A stretch of DNA of 52,788 nt from Candidatus Uhrbacteria bacterium (GTDB lineage: Bacteria > Patescibacteriota > Patescibacteriia > JACQRZ01), in the NCBI GenBank assembly GCA_016206175.1, contig JACQSB010000002.1, positions 1 to 52,788 of the forward strand, written 5' to 3'. The translations under genes and the position numbers were made by a program. The notes beneath the pieces are model-generated. The model searched no databases. It saw only the letters and a list, made by a program, of their open reading frames with translations, and had not been told where the DNA came from. Shown piece after piece: positions 18,307-27,709 of the stretch; position 1 is the first letter of the stretch; every line of letters begins with the position of its first letter.

Positions 18307-18330
18307 AGCCTAACCCAACAGCCTCCTCCT

Positions 18331-20154
18331 ATGTGCGGAATCGTCGGATACATTGGAACTCGGCACGCAGCCCCTTTGCTCATGCAAGGGTTGCGCCGAC
18401 TGGAATATCGCGGCTATGACAGCGCCGGCATCGCGACACTTGAAAATGGCAGCTTGTTCTGCGAGCGTTCCGTGGGCCATATTGATGCGCTGAAAGAAAA
18501 GATAGGCGACCAGCGTCCGGAGGGCACCATCGGGCTTGCGCATACACGTTGGGCTACGCACGGCGGTGTATCGGAAAAAAATGCACACCCGCATCGCGCA
18601 TGCAACGATTCTCTTGTGATCGTACATAATGGGATTATTGAAAACTATCGCGAACTGCGCGCTGAATTGCAGGCAACGCATACGTTTACCTCTGACACAG
18701 ACTCCGAAGTGCTCGCGCATCTCATCGAAGTTGAGTATCAAGGCGATCTCCGTCACGCAGTCGCTCGCGCTCTCAAGAAGGTGCGCGGAACGTACGGAGT
18801 GGTCGTGATGCATGCCAGTGAGCCCGAACGCCTCATCGCGGCGCGGATGGGAAGTCCGCTGGTGATCGGCATGGGTAAAGGAGAGTATTTTGTTGCCAGC
18901 GATGCTACTCCGTTGTTGCCGTATACAAAAGACGTTACCTATCTTGACGACGGCGAGATCGCCGAGCTGCGTCGCGGTGAAGTTCGCATCTATGATCTGC
19001 TGGAGCAGAGCGTACAGAAAAATATCCACCACATCGAGTGGGACGATGAACAAGCGCAAAAGCAAGGGTATTCTCACTTTATGTTGAAAGAAATTTTTGA
19101 GCAGCCAATCGTATTTCGTGACGCGGTGCGCGGCAGGAAAATCCCGGAAGAAGGCACTGCATACCTCGGCGGACTGAATATGTCAGAACCCCAAATGAGG
19201 GCGGTGTCTCGCGTGCTTTTTGTCGCCTGCGGTACTGCATACCATGCTGGCATGATCGGCAAATACGCCTTTGAGCGGCTCGCACGAATACCCTGTGAGG
19301 TCGAAGTCGCAAGTGAGTTTCGGTATCGCGACTGCGTCTTAGATGAGAATACGTTGGTGTTTGCCATTTCGCAGTCAGGTGAAACCGCCGACACGCTTGC
19401 CGCGGTGCGCGAGGCGCGCCGCAAAGGAGCGATTGTGCGCGGCATTGTGAACGTTGTCGGCTCTACCATAGCGCGCGAGACTGACGGCGGCACCTATATC
19501 CATGCCGGCCCGGAGCTTGCAGTTGCCTCTACGAAAGCCTTTACCAATATGGTTGCCGTCATCCTCCTGTACGCGTTGCAGTTCGGACGACTCAAACATA
19601 TGAGCCTCGCTGCCGGGCAGGAGTTTTTGCAAGCGCATTTTGACATCTCTACTAAGATGGAAGAGGTGTTGCAACAAAACGATGAGGTCGCACGGATCGC
19701 GCAGCGGTATGTGCATTATCGCGATTTTCTTTTCTTAGGGCGCGGCATCAATTATCCAGTAGCGCTCGAAGGTTCGCTCAAGCTCAAAGAAATTTCTTAC
19801 ATCCATAGTGAAGCGTATCCGGCCGGAGAGATGAAACACGGCGTGAATGCGTTACTCGGTCCGGAGCTTCCCGTTCTTGCCGTCATGACAAAAAATCAAT
19901 TGTATGAAAAAATGAGGAGCAATGTTGAGGAAGTGCGCGCGCGAGGCAGTAAAGTGATTCTTATAGCAACAGAAGGCGATACAGATGCGCGCGCGATTGC
20001 CGATGACGTTATCTTTGTGCCGCAGACTATTGAAGCGCTTGAGCCACTACTCAACACGATTCCTCTCCAGCTTTTTGCCTATCATGTTGCAACGCTGCTC
20101 GGTCGCGATGTCGACCGCCCTCGCAATCTTGCGAAGAGTGTAACTGTTGAATAA
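18331..20154 (+). CDS. glmS: Glutamine--fructose-6-phosphate aminotransferase
   Basis: MCGIVGY, LEYRGYDSAG, HTRWATHG, SQSGETADT, VASTKAF, LKLKEISY, PRNLAKSVTVE. Confidence 0.98.
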   Translation: MCGIVGYIGTRHAAPLLMQGLRRLEYRGYDSAGIATLENGSLFCERSVGHIDALKEKIGDQRPEGTIGLAHTRWATHGGVSEKNAHPHRACNDSLVIVHNGIIENYRELRAELQATHTFTSDTDSEVLAHLIEVEYQGDLRHAVARALKKVRGTYGVVVMHASEPERLIAARMGSPLVIGMGKGEYFVASDATPLLPYTKDVTYLDDGEIAELRRGEVRIYDLLEQSVQKNIHHIEWDDEQAQKQGYSHFMLKEIFEQPIVFRDAVRGRKIPEEGTAYLGGLNMSEPQMRAVSRVLFVACGTAYHAGMIGKYAFERLARIPCEVEVASEFRYRDCVLDENTLVFAISQSGETADTLAAVREARRKGAIVRGIVNVVGSTIARETDGGTYIHAGPELAVASTKAFTNMVAVILLYALQFGRLKHMSLAAGQEFLQAHFDISTKMEEVLQQNDEVARIAQRYVHYRDFLFLGRGINYPVALEGSLKLKEISYIHSEAYPAGEMKHGVNALLGPELPVLAVMTKNQLYEKMRSNVEEVRARGSKVILIATEGDTDARAIADDVIFVPQTIEALEPLLNTIPLQLFAYHVATLLGRDVDRPRNLAKSVTVE

Positions 20155-20156
20155 AA

Positions 20157-20804
20157 ATGGCCCCCGCCCTCTTTTCCTCCATCCCCCCCCGTCTGCAACT
20201 GCTGTTTGAATCATTTGATCCCGAACAGCCGTGGCTGATTATTCCAAAGATAGAAGAATACGTGCGTGCAGACGTGCGGCCGGGCAACCTCGGTACGGTG
20301 CAGGGTGATATATGGATTGATGATGATGTCGAAATCGGTGCCGGCACTGTCATCGAACACGGCGCGGTCGTCAAAGGACCCGCGATCATTGGTAAAGATT
20401 GTGAGATACGTGCTCATGCCTACATCCGCGGTGGAGTAGTTATCGGAGATAACTGCGTGATCGGCCATGCGACAGAAGTCATCCGTTCGGTGTTGATGGA
20501 TCGAGTGCGCGTTGATCATTTTAATTATATCGGCGACTCGTTGCTCGGCGCGGGAGTCCATTTTGGAGCTGGCGCAAAAACAGCAAATTTGCGTTTTGAT
20601 GAGAAAGAAATTGTTATCGATGGTACGCAGACCGGCTTGAAGAAATTTGGCGCGATCCTTGGCGATGGATGCCAACTCGGCGTAAATGTTTCTGTTGGTC
20701 CGGGCATTATTTTTGAACCATCCGTTTGGCTTGTCGGCTCCTTGCTCCTTCCTGCTGGCCGATACACGCGAGATTCCCTGAAACAGTATCGGTCGGCGAA
20801 ATGA
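20157..20804 (+). CDS. Stand-alone hexapeptide-repeat acetyltransferase similar to the C-terminal half of archaeal-type GlmU (GlcN-1-P N-acetyltransferase)
   Basis: PWLII, LbH repeats, GPAIIGKDCEIRAHAYIR, HFNYIGDSLLG, ANLRFD, KKFGAILGD; no N-terminal GxGTR nucleotidyltransferase domain. Confidence 0.8.
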   Translation: MAPALFSSIPPRLQLLFESFDPEQPWLIIPKIEEYVRADVRPGNLGTVQGDIWIDDDVEIGAGTVIEHGAVVKGPAIIGKDCEIRAHAYIRGGVVIGDNCVIGHATEVIRSVLMDRVRVDHFNYIGDSLLGAGVHFGAGAKTANLRFDEKEIVIDGTQTGLKKFGAILGDGCQLGVNVSVGPGIIFEPSVWLVGSLLLPAGRYTRDSLKQYRSAK

Positions 20805-20805
20805 T

Positions 20806-21816
20806 ATGAATACGTTTCTCCAACAGTTGCGCGCGCGCGCGACGCAAGGGTTTGTGCGGACTATTATTTTCCCGGAAGCGCAGGACGAACGCGTTGTTGC
20901 GGCTGCCGCAATCTTACGCGAAGAAAACATCGTACGCCCCCTGTTTGTGGGTACTTCCCAAGATGCTGCGCGCATACGAGAGCTCGGTTTTGATTGTGCG
21001 CAGATCGAAGAAGAACGCGCCAATGAGCTCGAACATATTCTAGCGGATGCGCGGTCCTCCAAGATCGGCACAAAAGATGAGCTCACCAGTGACGCGGCTC
21101 GGCTATTAGCGCATGACCCGCTTTTTTACGCCATGTATTTATTGAGGCTCGATTCCGGAGACGGCCTTGTTGCCGGCGCTGTGCGGCCTACTGCGGATGT
21201 TGTACGCGCAGGTCTTTGGTTGATCGGAAAGGCAGCAGGCATTCGGACTGTTTCCAGTTCCTTTTACATGGTCCTTCCATCGTTTCGCGGCACTGCCTCG
21301 GAGGAAGTTTTAAGTTTTGCCGATTGTGCAGTTGTGCCTGCGCCAACTGCAGAACAGCTTGCTGATATTGCCATTGCGGCAGCTCGCGCGCGCGAAAAGA
21401 TTGTCGGCGATGAGCCGCGCGTTGCGCTTCTTTCATATAGCACAAAAGGTTCGGGCGGAGACGACTCTTCTATTGCTGTTGTCCGTTCTGCATTGCAGAT
21501 CGTGCGCAAGCGCAGACCGGAGATCATCATCGACGGAGAACTTCAGGTGGATACGGCATTGATTCAATCGATCGCCAATCGAAAAGATCCAGATGGCTTT
21601 CTTGCGGGCCTGGCGAACGTTTTGATCTTCCCTTCGCTTGATGCAGCAAACATCGCCTACAAGCTTGTTGCTCATCTTGTCCCCGGCGCGCAGGCTTTGG
21701 GGCCGCTTTTGCAAGGCATGGCAAAGCCGATGAGCGATCTTTCCCGCGGCGCGTCAGTGCAAGATATCGTCTCTATCGCAACAATGGTCGCATCGCAGGC
21801 AAGCAAGCGCGACTAA
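20806..21816 (+). CDS. pta: Phosphate acetyltransferase
   Basis: [68 protein letters not shown]...DLSRG. Confidence 0.95.
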   Translation: MNTFLQQLRARATQGFVRTIIFPEAQDERVVAAAAILREENIVRPLFVGTSQDAARIRELGFDCAQIEEERANELEHILADARSSKIGTKDELTSDAARLLAHDPLFYAMYLLRLDSGDGLVAGAVRPTADVVRAGLWLIGKAAGIRTVSSSFYMVLPSFRGTASEEVLSFADCAVVPAPTAEQLADIAIAAARAREKIVGDEPRVALLSYSTKGSGGDDSSIAVVRSALQIVRKRRPEIIIDGELQVDTALIQSIANRKDPDGFLAGLANVLIFPSLDAANIAYKLVAHLVPGAQALGPLLQGMAKPMSDLSRGASVQDIVSIATMVASQASKRD

Positions 21817-21820
21817 TCCT

Positions 21821-24205
21821 ATGCAGAATAGTAAAACAACAAAACAATATCTACCCAAAGATGTCGTGAAAAAAATCGACGAATATTGGCGCGCGGCGAA
21901 TTATTTGTCTATTGGCCAGATTTATTTGTACGACAATCCACTCATGAGGCATCCGTTATCCCAAGATGACATCAAGCCACTCTTGATGGGGCACTGGGGG
22001 ACTACGCCGGGACAGAATTTTATCTACGCGCACCTCAACAGAATTATCAAACAGTACGATCTGGACACGATATACATTTCCGGTCCCGGACATGGCGGAC
22101 CCGCGTTGATTGCGAACACATATTTGGAAGGTACCTACAGTGAGGTTTATCCTCACATCAGCCAGAATGAAGAAGGGATGAAAAAATTATTCAAACAGTT
22201 TTCTTTTCCGGGGGGTGTGCCGAGCCACGTTTCTCCGGAATGCCCCGGGTCAATCCACGAAGGAGGCGAGCTTGGATATTCCTTGAGCCATGCCTTTGGC
22301 GCTGTATTTGATAATCCTTCCCTCATCAGCGCGTGCGTCGTGGGAGACGGAGAAGCAGAGACGGGTCCTCTTGCAACAGCATGGCATTCGAATAAGTTTT
22401 TGAATCCTCAAACTGACGGTGCAGTGTTGCCGATCCTTCACTTGAATGGATACAAGATTTCAAACCCGACACTCTTCGCTCGTATCTCGCGAGAAGAATT
22501 AGATCAGCTATTCCGCGGTTACGGATGGACACCGCATATCGTAGCAGGCGATGATCCTATCGCAATGCATCATGCAATGGCGCGCACGCTGGACGGTTGC
22601 ATTGATGAGATCAGACGCATCCAAAATGATGCGCGACAGCACAATGCTCTGACACGCCCGCGATGGCCCATGATTATCTTAATCACTCCGAAAGGATGGA
22701 CAGGCCCAAAGATGATTGATGGCAATGCAAACGAAGGGACGTTTCGATCCCATCAGGTTCCCTTTGCGGACGTAAAGACAAATAAAGATCACTTCGATCA
22801 ATTCGTTAGATGGTTGAAGAGCTATAAGCCGGAGGAGTTATTCGATGCTGCTGGGGGATTGCGACCGGATCTTCGCGATCTTGTTCCAACGGGTGCGCGG
22901 CGCATGGGCGCAAACCGGCATGCAAACGGCGGACTGGTATTGCGTGATCTTATCTTGCCTGACGGTAGCAACTACGCTGTACAGTTTTCAAAGCGCGGAG
23001 AGCAGCACGAGGGAGCTACGCATGTATTCGCTCGATTTTTGCGTGATATAATTAGGGAAAATGAGGAGCATCGAAACTTTCGTATATTCGGTCCGGATGA
23101 AATACTGTCGAATGGATTGGGAGCGATATTTGAAGCGACAAACCGTCAGTGGATGGCTGAACTGAAAAGCAGTGATGAGTTCTATGCACCGTACGGTCGT
23201 GTGATGGAGGTCTTAAGCGAGCACCAATGCCAGGGATGGCTGGAGGGCTATCTTCTCACCGGACGTCACGGGCTTTTTACCAGTTATGAAGCGTTCATCC
23301 ATATTGTAAGCTCGATGTTCAATCAGCATGCCAAATGGTTGGATACTACTTCTCGTATTCCGTGGAGAAAACCGATCGCATCACTCAATTACCTCATCAC
23401 TTCTCATGTATGGAGACAAGGGCACAATGGCTTTACGCATCAGGACCCAGGATTCATTGACCACGTGTATGTGAAAAAAGCGGATATCATCCGCACCTAT
23501 CTTGTGCCGGACGCGAATTGTCTTTTGGCAGTGATGGCAACGTGCTTTTCAAGCAAGCACAAGATTAATATCGTAGTGGCCGGCAAGCATCCGATGCCGC
23601 AATGGTTTTCAATGGAAGAAGCGATCCGCCATTGCCAAAAAGGGATCGGCGTTTTGGATTGGGCAAGCAATGACGGCGGAGACGAGCCCGATGCAGTGCT
23701 TGCCTGTGCAGGAGATGTGCCGACACTCGAAACGCTCGCGGCAGTTTCAATCTTGCGTGAGCATCTTCCCGAGTGCAAGATTCGCGTCGTCAATATCGTG
23801 GATCTCATGACATTGCGGCCGCGTAAAAACCATCCGCATGGGCTCGAGGATGCAGAGTTTGAAACCTTTTTCACAAAAGATAAACCGATCATCGTTATCT
23901 TTCATGGCTACTCATCGCTCATCCATCGGCTTACCTACCGCCGTCCCAATCATGACAATATGCATGTGTACGGATATCAGGAGGAAGGCACAACGACTAC
24001 CCCGTTTGATATGACAGTGCTCAACGCCATTGATCGTTATCATATTGTCCAGTATGTCGTTGATTCCCGCTCCGATAAGGGTGAGAAGGAGTTGCGCCTT
24101 TCACGCCTTATGGAAGAAAAGATTGCCGCCCATCGTGCGTATGTTGTCGAGCATGGCCAGGACCTGCCAGAGATACGCAACTGGCGGTGGGGTCAGAATG
24201 TATGA
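21821..24205 (+). CDS. xfp: Xylulose-5-P/fructose-6-P phosphoketolase
   Basis: [79 protein letters not shown]. Confidence 0.97.
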   Translation: MQNSKTTKQYLPKDVVKKIDEYWRAANYLSIGQIYLYDNPLMRHPLSQDDIKPLLMGHWGTTPGQNFIYAHLNRIIKQYDLDTIYISGPGHGGPALIANTYLEGTYSEVYPHISQNEEGMKKLFKQFSFPGGVPSHVSPECPGSIHEGGELGYSLSHAFGAVFDNPSLISACVVGDGEAETGPLATAWHSNKFLNPQTDGAVLPILHLNGYKISNPTLFARISREELDQLFRGYGWTPHIVAGDDPIAMHHAMARTLDGCIDEIRRIQNDARQHNALTRPRWPMIILITPKGWTGPKMIDGNANEGTFRSHQVPFADVKTNKDHFDQFVRWLKSYKPEELFDAAGGLRPDLRDLVPTGARRMGANRHANGGLVLRDLILPDGSNYAVQFSKRGEQHEGATHVFARFLRDIIRENEEHRNFRIFGPDEILSNGLGAIFEATNRQWMAELKSSDEFYAPYGRVMEVLSEHQCQGWLEGYLLTGRHGLFTSYEAFIHIVSSMFNQHAKWLDTTSRIPWRKPIASLNYLITSHVWRQGHNGFTHQDPGFIDHVYVKKADIIRTYLVPDANCLLAVMATCFSSKHKINIVVAGKHPMPQWFSMEEAIRHCQKGIGVLDWASNDGGDEPDAVLACAGDVPTLETLAAVSILREHLPECKIRVVNIVDLMTLRPRKNHPHGLEDAEFETFFTKDKPIIVIFHGYSSLIHRLTYRRPNHDNMHVYGYQEEGTTTTPFDMTVLNAIDRYHIVQYVVDSRSDKGEKELRLSRLMEEKIAAHRAYVVEHGQDLPEIRNWRWGQNV

Positions 24206-25212
24206 AGACAAAGAAACACATTGTCATCATTGGCGGGGGCACGGGGACATTTACGTTGCTGAAGGGTCTTCATTCGTTTCCTATCAAAATTAGCGTCATT
24301 GTCTCAACCGCAGATAGCGGCGGCTCCACTGGCGTCCTTCGCAACGAGCTCGGCGTCATGCCTCCAGGCGATTTGCGGCAATGTCTGCTCGGCCTTTCAC
24401 AGGCGGATCCGTTGTTGCAGCATCTATTTGGTTATCGGTTTGACCGAGGATTTTTGGAAGGCCACACTATCGGCAATATCATCCTTGCTGGATTGGAGCG
24501 AATTACAGGAAGCAGTGAGGCGGCAGTACGCGAAGCCTCACGTCTCCTGAAAGTGCACGGTTCCGTAGTGCCGGTCACGAAGAAGCCGACGACTTTAATC
24601 GCAATTCTTGAAAATGGACGCCGAATCGTTGGAGAACATTTCATTGATGAACCAAGGCACGATGGCACGTTGCGCATTCGTTCTCTTGTACTTACGCCTT
24701 CCGGTTCCGCAAATCCAGATGCTCTCCGACTGATCAAAACTGCGGATGCCATTGTTTTCGGCCCCGGAGATTTATTTACCAGCACGCTGCCGAATATTAT
24801 TGTTGATGGGATGGCGCAAGCGATTCGTTCATCGCGTGCAAAAAAAATTCTCGTGACCAACATCATGACGAAGTATGGACAGACTCATGGGTTTACGGCG
24901 AGTGATTTTCTAACAACGCTCGAACAGTATCTTACAACAAAAATAGGAGAAAAGATTATCGATACGGTAATCGTGAATACAAAAACGCCGCCGCAATCAG
25001 TGTTGGTAAAATATAAAAAGGAACATGCTCTGCCGGTTGTTGCGGACAAGCATGAATTGGCGCGGCGCGGAGCGGCTGTCATTACTGGCGATTTTCTTTC
25101 TCGTGATCCTATAAAAAAACAGATGGGCGATGAATTAAAGCGCAGCATGCTACGCCACGATTCGGTAAAAACCGCCCGTGCGATCGTATCGTGTTTGAAA
25201 CGTTACCCTTGA
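24202..25212 (+). CDS. yvcK: YvcK/GlmR family (CofD-like) UDP-sugar-binding protein
   Basis: [50 protein letters not shown]; ATGA overlap with xfp. Confidence 0.92.
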   Translation: MKTKKHIVIIGGGTGTFTLLKGLHSFPIKISVIVSTADSGGSTGVLRNELGVMPPGDLRQCLLGLSQADPLLQHLFGYRFDRGFLEGHTIGNIILAGLERITGSSEAAVREASRLLKVHGSVVPVTKKPTTLIAILENGRRIVGEHFIDEPRHDGTLRIRSLVLTPSGSANPDALRLIKTADAIVFGPGDLFTSTLPNIIVDGMAQAIRSSRAKKILVTNIMTKYGQTHGFTASDFLTTLEQYLTTKIGEKIIDTVIVNTKTPPQSVLVKYKKEHALPVVADKHELARRGAAVITGDFLSRDPIKKQMGDELKRSMLRHDSVKTARAIVSCLKRYP

Positions 25213-25237
25213 CAAAATCATACTTTTCTGGTATACT
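25209..25237 (+). promoter_or_regulatory. Near-consensus sigma70 promoter for the GC-rich lipoprotein gene
   Basis: TTGACA-17 bp-TATACT with extended TG; the -35 box overlaps the yvcK stop. Confidence 0.75.
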
Positions 25238-25293
25238 TTTGCCACTGTTATAAGGTTTTTCGCATATTCGCGAAATGCTTTTACAGATAGATT

Positions 25294-25365
25294 TGTCCTT
25301 TGAAATAAAGTCATCTCGAACGTTCGCTCAAGGCAGATAAACCTCTGGTGGACGTTCGGGATGAC
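25294..25365 (+). promoter_or_regulatory. Leader with a boxA-like motif and an 18-bp stem-loop
   Basis: TGTCCTTTGAAAT, then GTCATCTCGAACGTTCGC pairing with GTGGACGTTCGGGATGAC (18 pairs, 3 G-U). Confidence 0.55.
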
Positions 25366-25392
25366 GCACAAGATGTAGAAAGGAATGGATCA

Positions 25393-26520
25393 ATGAAGCG
25401 GGTGCTCGCGACTGCGGTCGCGTTGATCATGGCCCTGGTTGGCTGCCAGCCCAAGGAACCCCGGCGGATTTACGTCTTTTCGGGTTTCAATCCGGTTAAG
25501 GTCGTCGAAGACGACCCGGTCGCGGTTGAGGCCGGAAAGTTTTTCGATTCGTACCAGCATGATGTCGAGGACGATGCCAGCAACAGCTACAAGGATTTCG
25601 TCCGTGAGTACAATTCCTTCGCTGCCAAAGTGCGGCCGTCCATAGCGCTGCCCACGGCTTCCGCGGAGCTCGATCGGGATGCAGCTCTGGATGCCAACGC
25701 GAAGTTGAACGCCTATCTCGCGCCGAAGGGGTGGCTATTCCGGATTGCAGACGCGTATGCGTCGGATTTGTCCGGCGAGCCAATGATAATCCGTATGCTC
25801 ATGATGGGCAAGCTGCACTCGGTGCGGCATGGGAAGCTAACGGATGTTCGTGGTACGACCGTGTCTTATACGGAGTCGATCGTCGCGTACGCTAAGCAGA
25901 CGCGTGCTCGGGAGAAGACGTTCCGCTTTACGGCGTTCACAGAAGGCAGGGAAATCTACCACTTCCTCGACGGGCTCGAGTGGTCCGCGAGGCGAGTGAT
26001 TGATGACTGCCGTGACGGCGCTGCCGATGGTGCGGAATTTTCCCAGCTCGAGTGGGCTGATTACCTCAAGGACGGCACCACGCCGCAGTTCGAGGCCCGG
26101 GTCATGGGCGACCTGCTGCGCAGCGCTTCGGCGCATGAGCGTCAGCATGTCGTTGACCACGAGTTTGGCGAGTTGCGACTAACCAAGGACGACGCGGCAA
26201 TCATGAAGGTGAAGTTTCTCATGGAGACTCGGGGTCTCTTGGCACAGATCGCCAGTGGCGATCTTGAGATCTACGGCCTTGGTCACGCCGCCGAGTGGCA
26301 GGAGTCCAGTGAGAGGCTTAACAGCCTCGCGGGCTGGGCTGTGATGCAGGCGATCGGCCAACTACCCAAAGACCCGGCGATCCGGAATTGGCTGCGCCGC
26401 AAGGCATCCGCCGAGCTCAAGACGAGTGATCTCCTGGTTCTCTCGTCGCTTCGCCACAAGGCCGATCCCGACCCGGTTGGTAGGGCCAAGGAGGAGTACC
26501 AGTACCAGCGCGGTCGGTAA
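25393..26520 (+). CDS. Lipoprotein with an HExxH motif (putative gluzincin-type metallopeptidase)
   Basis: SD AGAAAGGA; signal MKRVLATAVALIMALVG-C; AHERQHVVD with a downstream ETRG glutamate; GC-rich codons. Confidence 0.65.
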   Translation: MKRVLATAVALIMALVGCQPKEPRRIYVFSGFNPVKVVEDDPVAVEAGKFFDSYQHDVEDDASNSYKDFVREYNSFAAKVRPSIALPTASAELDRDAALDANAKLNAYLAPKGWLFRIADAYASDLSGEPMIIRMLMMGKLHSVRHGKLTDVRGTTVSYTESIVAYAKQTRAREKTFRFTAFTEGREIYHFLDGLEWSARRVIDDCRDGAADGAEFSQLEWADYLKDGTTPQFEARVMGDLLRSASAHERQHVVDHEFGELRLTKDDAAIMKVKFLMETRGLLAQIASGDLEIYGLGHAAEWQESSERLNSLAGWAVMQAIGQLPKDPAIRNWLRRKASAELKTSDLLVLSSLRHKADPDPVGRAKEEYQYQRGR

Positions 26521-26546
26521 ATCGCGCTTCCATTCTTTTATTTCGC

Positions 26547-26577
26547 GAGGCGGGCACAGTGTCCGTCTCTTTATTTT
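26547..26577 (+). terminator. Intrinsic terminator
   Basis: GAGGCGGGCA-cag-TGTCCGTCTC followed by TTTATTTT. Confidence 0.7.
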
Positions 26578-26593
26578 AGAAAAAACAGGGAAT

Positions 26594-26674
26594 TAAAAAG
26601 ACCTTGTATCCGGTAGCCCGCGCATCAATTGCTCCTCCTTTACGGATAACGCAAGCGCGGCTCGGAATACAAGG
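26594..26674 (-). terminator. Long stem-loop and U-tract at the 3' end of the minus-strand gene pair
   Basis: CCTTGTAT/ATACAAGG, CCG/CGG and CGCGC/GCGCG arms; followed on the minus strand by TCTTTTT. Confidence 0.55.
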
Positions 26675-26692
26675 CCATCGAAACGTGCATGG

Positions 26693-27151
26693 TCAACGTG
26701 CAGCTGCTTGCCGCATACTGCCACCAAGGTCGGTGTTGAAGTCAATCACCTCGGGAGAGTTAGTGCGCGTGATGATCTCAACGCGCTGCCCAGCAGTCAT
26801 TTCGAGCACGAGGACAGTCCACGAGTCCCCGTCGTTTTCCTTGGTGATCCGCAACACAGGGGTAGGATTTCCTTTGACGATATGCTCCACCGCACCATGC
26901 GGAGCCGATATTATGAGCAGGGCAACGTGATCAGTTGTCCTGTCATCAGCAGGCCGGAGCTTTAGCTCCGCAAGATCAAGGACTGTGGAATTGCGTTCGA
27001 TGGTGTATGTGCCTTGGTAGAGGACCCGCTGGCCCTCCGGCACCGCGACCGTAAGTGTGTATATCGTGCCATCATCCTTTTGGCCGAGGACGGTCGTGCC
27101 TTCCGGCAGTCCGTGTACCTTTTTCCCGTCGATGTGATAGAAGAAATGCAT
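26693..27151 (-). CDS. Hypothetical beta-rich protein
   Basis: 152-aa ORF with strong SD (AGAAGGAGGGAGA-ATG) and GC-rich codons. Confidence 0.7.
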   Translation of the reverse strand: MHFFYHIDGKKVHGLPEGTTVLGQKDDGTIYTLTVAVPEGQRVLYQGTYTIERNSTVLDLAELKLRPADDRTTDHVALLIISAPHGAVEHIVKGNPTPVLRITKENDGDSWTVLVLEMTAGQRVEIITRTNSPEVIDFNTDLGGSMRQAAAR

Positions 27152-27162
27152 TCTCCCTCCTT

Positions 27163-27567
27163 CTACACTGCTTGGCTCGGACGCTGCCCAGACTGGAATG
27201 CGTCGAAATCCATGAGGAGCAGACCTTGCGTCTCGTCAAGATAAATGACGTAGGCCGGCCCCGCGACTCCCCTCCACCATTGCAGGGCATCACCAGGATA
27301 CATCCTGACGAAACCGCTGCCACCATACAGTATCTTTCCATCGCCAATGCGAAGCATGCTGTCCTGCGCAACCAGCAGGATCTCGACGTTCAGCAATGCG
27401 TTCCAGTACCCATCCGAGGAGTTGATGTGGAGGAGCACTGATCCATCTTCCCTCACGAATCTCGCGAGATTTCCAAGGAATCTCTGCTCGGCGATGATAT
27501 CTTCCGAGCGTTGTTCGACGTGAATGTCCCGTACAGCAAGAAGCTGCGTGAGTTGCATGTACGCCAT
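27163..27567 (-). CDS. Hypothetical protein
   Basis: 134-aa ORF with a purine-rich SD region (GGAAAAGGACAGGAAGA-ATG); 11 nt from the next gene. Confidence 0.65.
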   Translation of the reverse strand: MAYMQLTQLLAVRDIHVEQRSEDIIAEQRFLGNLARFVREDGSVLLHINSSDGYWNALLNVEILLVAQDSMLRIGDGKILYGGSGFVRMYPGDALQWWRGVAGPAYVIYLDETQGLLLMDFDAFQSGQRPSQAV

Positions 27568-27620
27568 TCTTCCTGTCCTTTTCCTTTCGTTTCCATGCGT
27601 TGTTCAAAGAACCAGATGTT

Positions 27621-27679
27621 GCCATCCCAACGAAAATGGGAATCCAATGGATTTGGATTCCTGCTTTCGCAGAAATGAC
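27621..27679. repeat. Degenerate REP/RPE/dRS3-like palindromic element
   Basis: GCCATCCCAACGAAAATGGGAATCCA...TGGATTCCTGCTTTCGCAGAAATGAC fits the GTCATTCCCGCGAAAGCGGGAATCCA palindrome type. Confidence 0.7.
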
Positions 27680-27709
27680 CCTTTTTCACTGAAGCTACGA
27701 AGCTCTGAA

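Noticed and set aside
18307-18330. glmS ribozyme
   Set aside because: Only 24 nt separate TrmB and glmS, too little for the ribozyme.
18310-21086. Long minus-strand ORFs (18310-19077, 20211-21086)
   Set aside because: They are antisense shadows of glmS, the acetyltransferase and pta.
25209-27700. Prophage or integrative element as the explanation for the GC-rich islet
   Set aside because: No integrase, phage structural gene, adjacent tRNA or direct repeats were seen.
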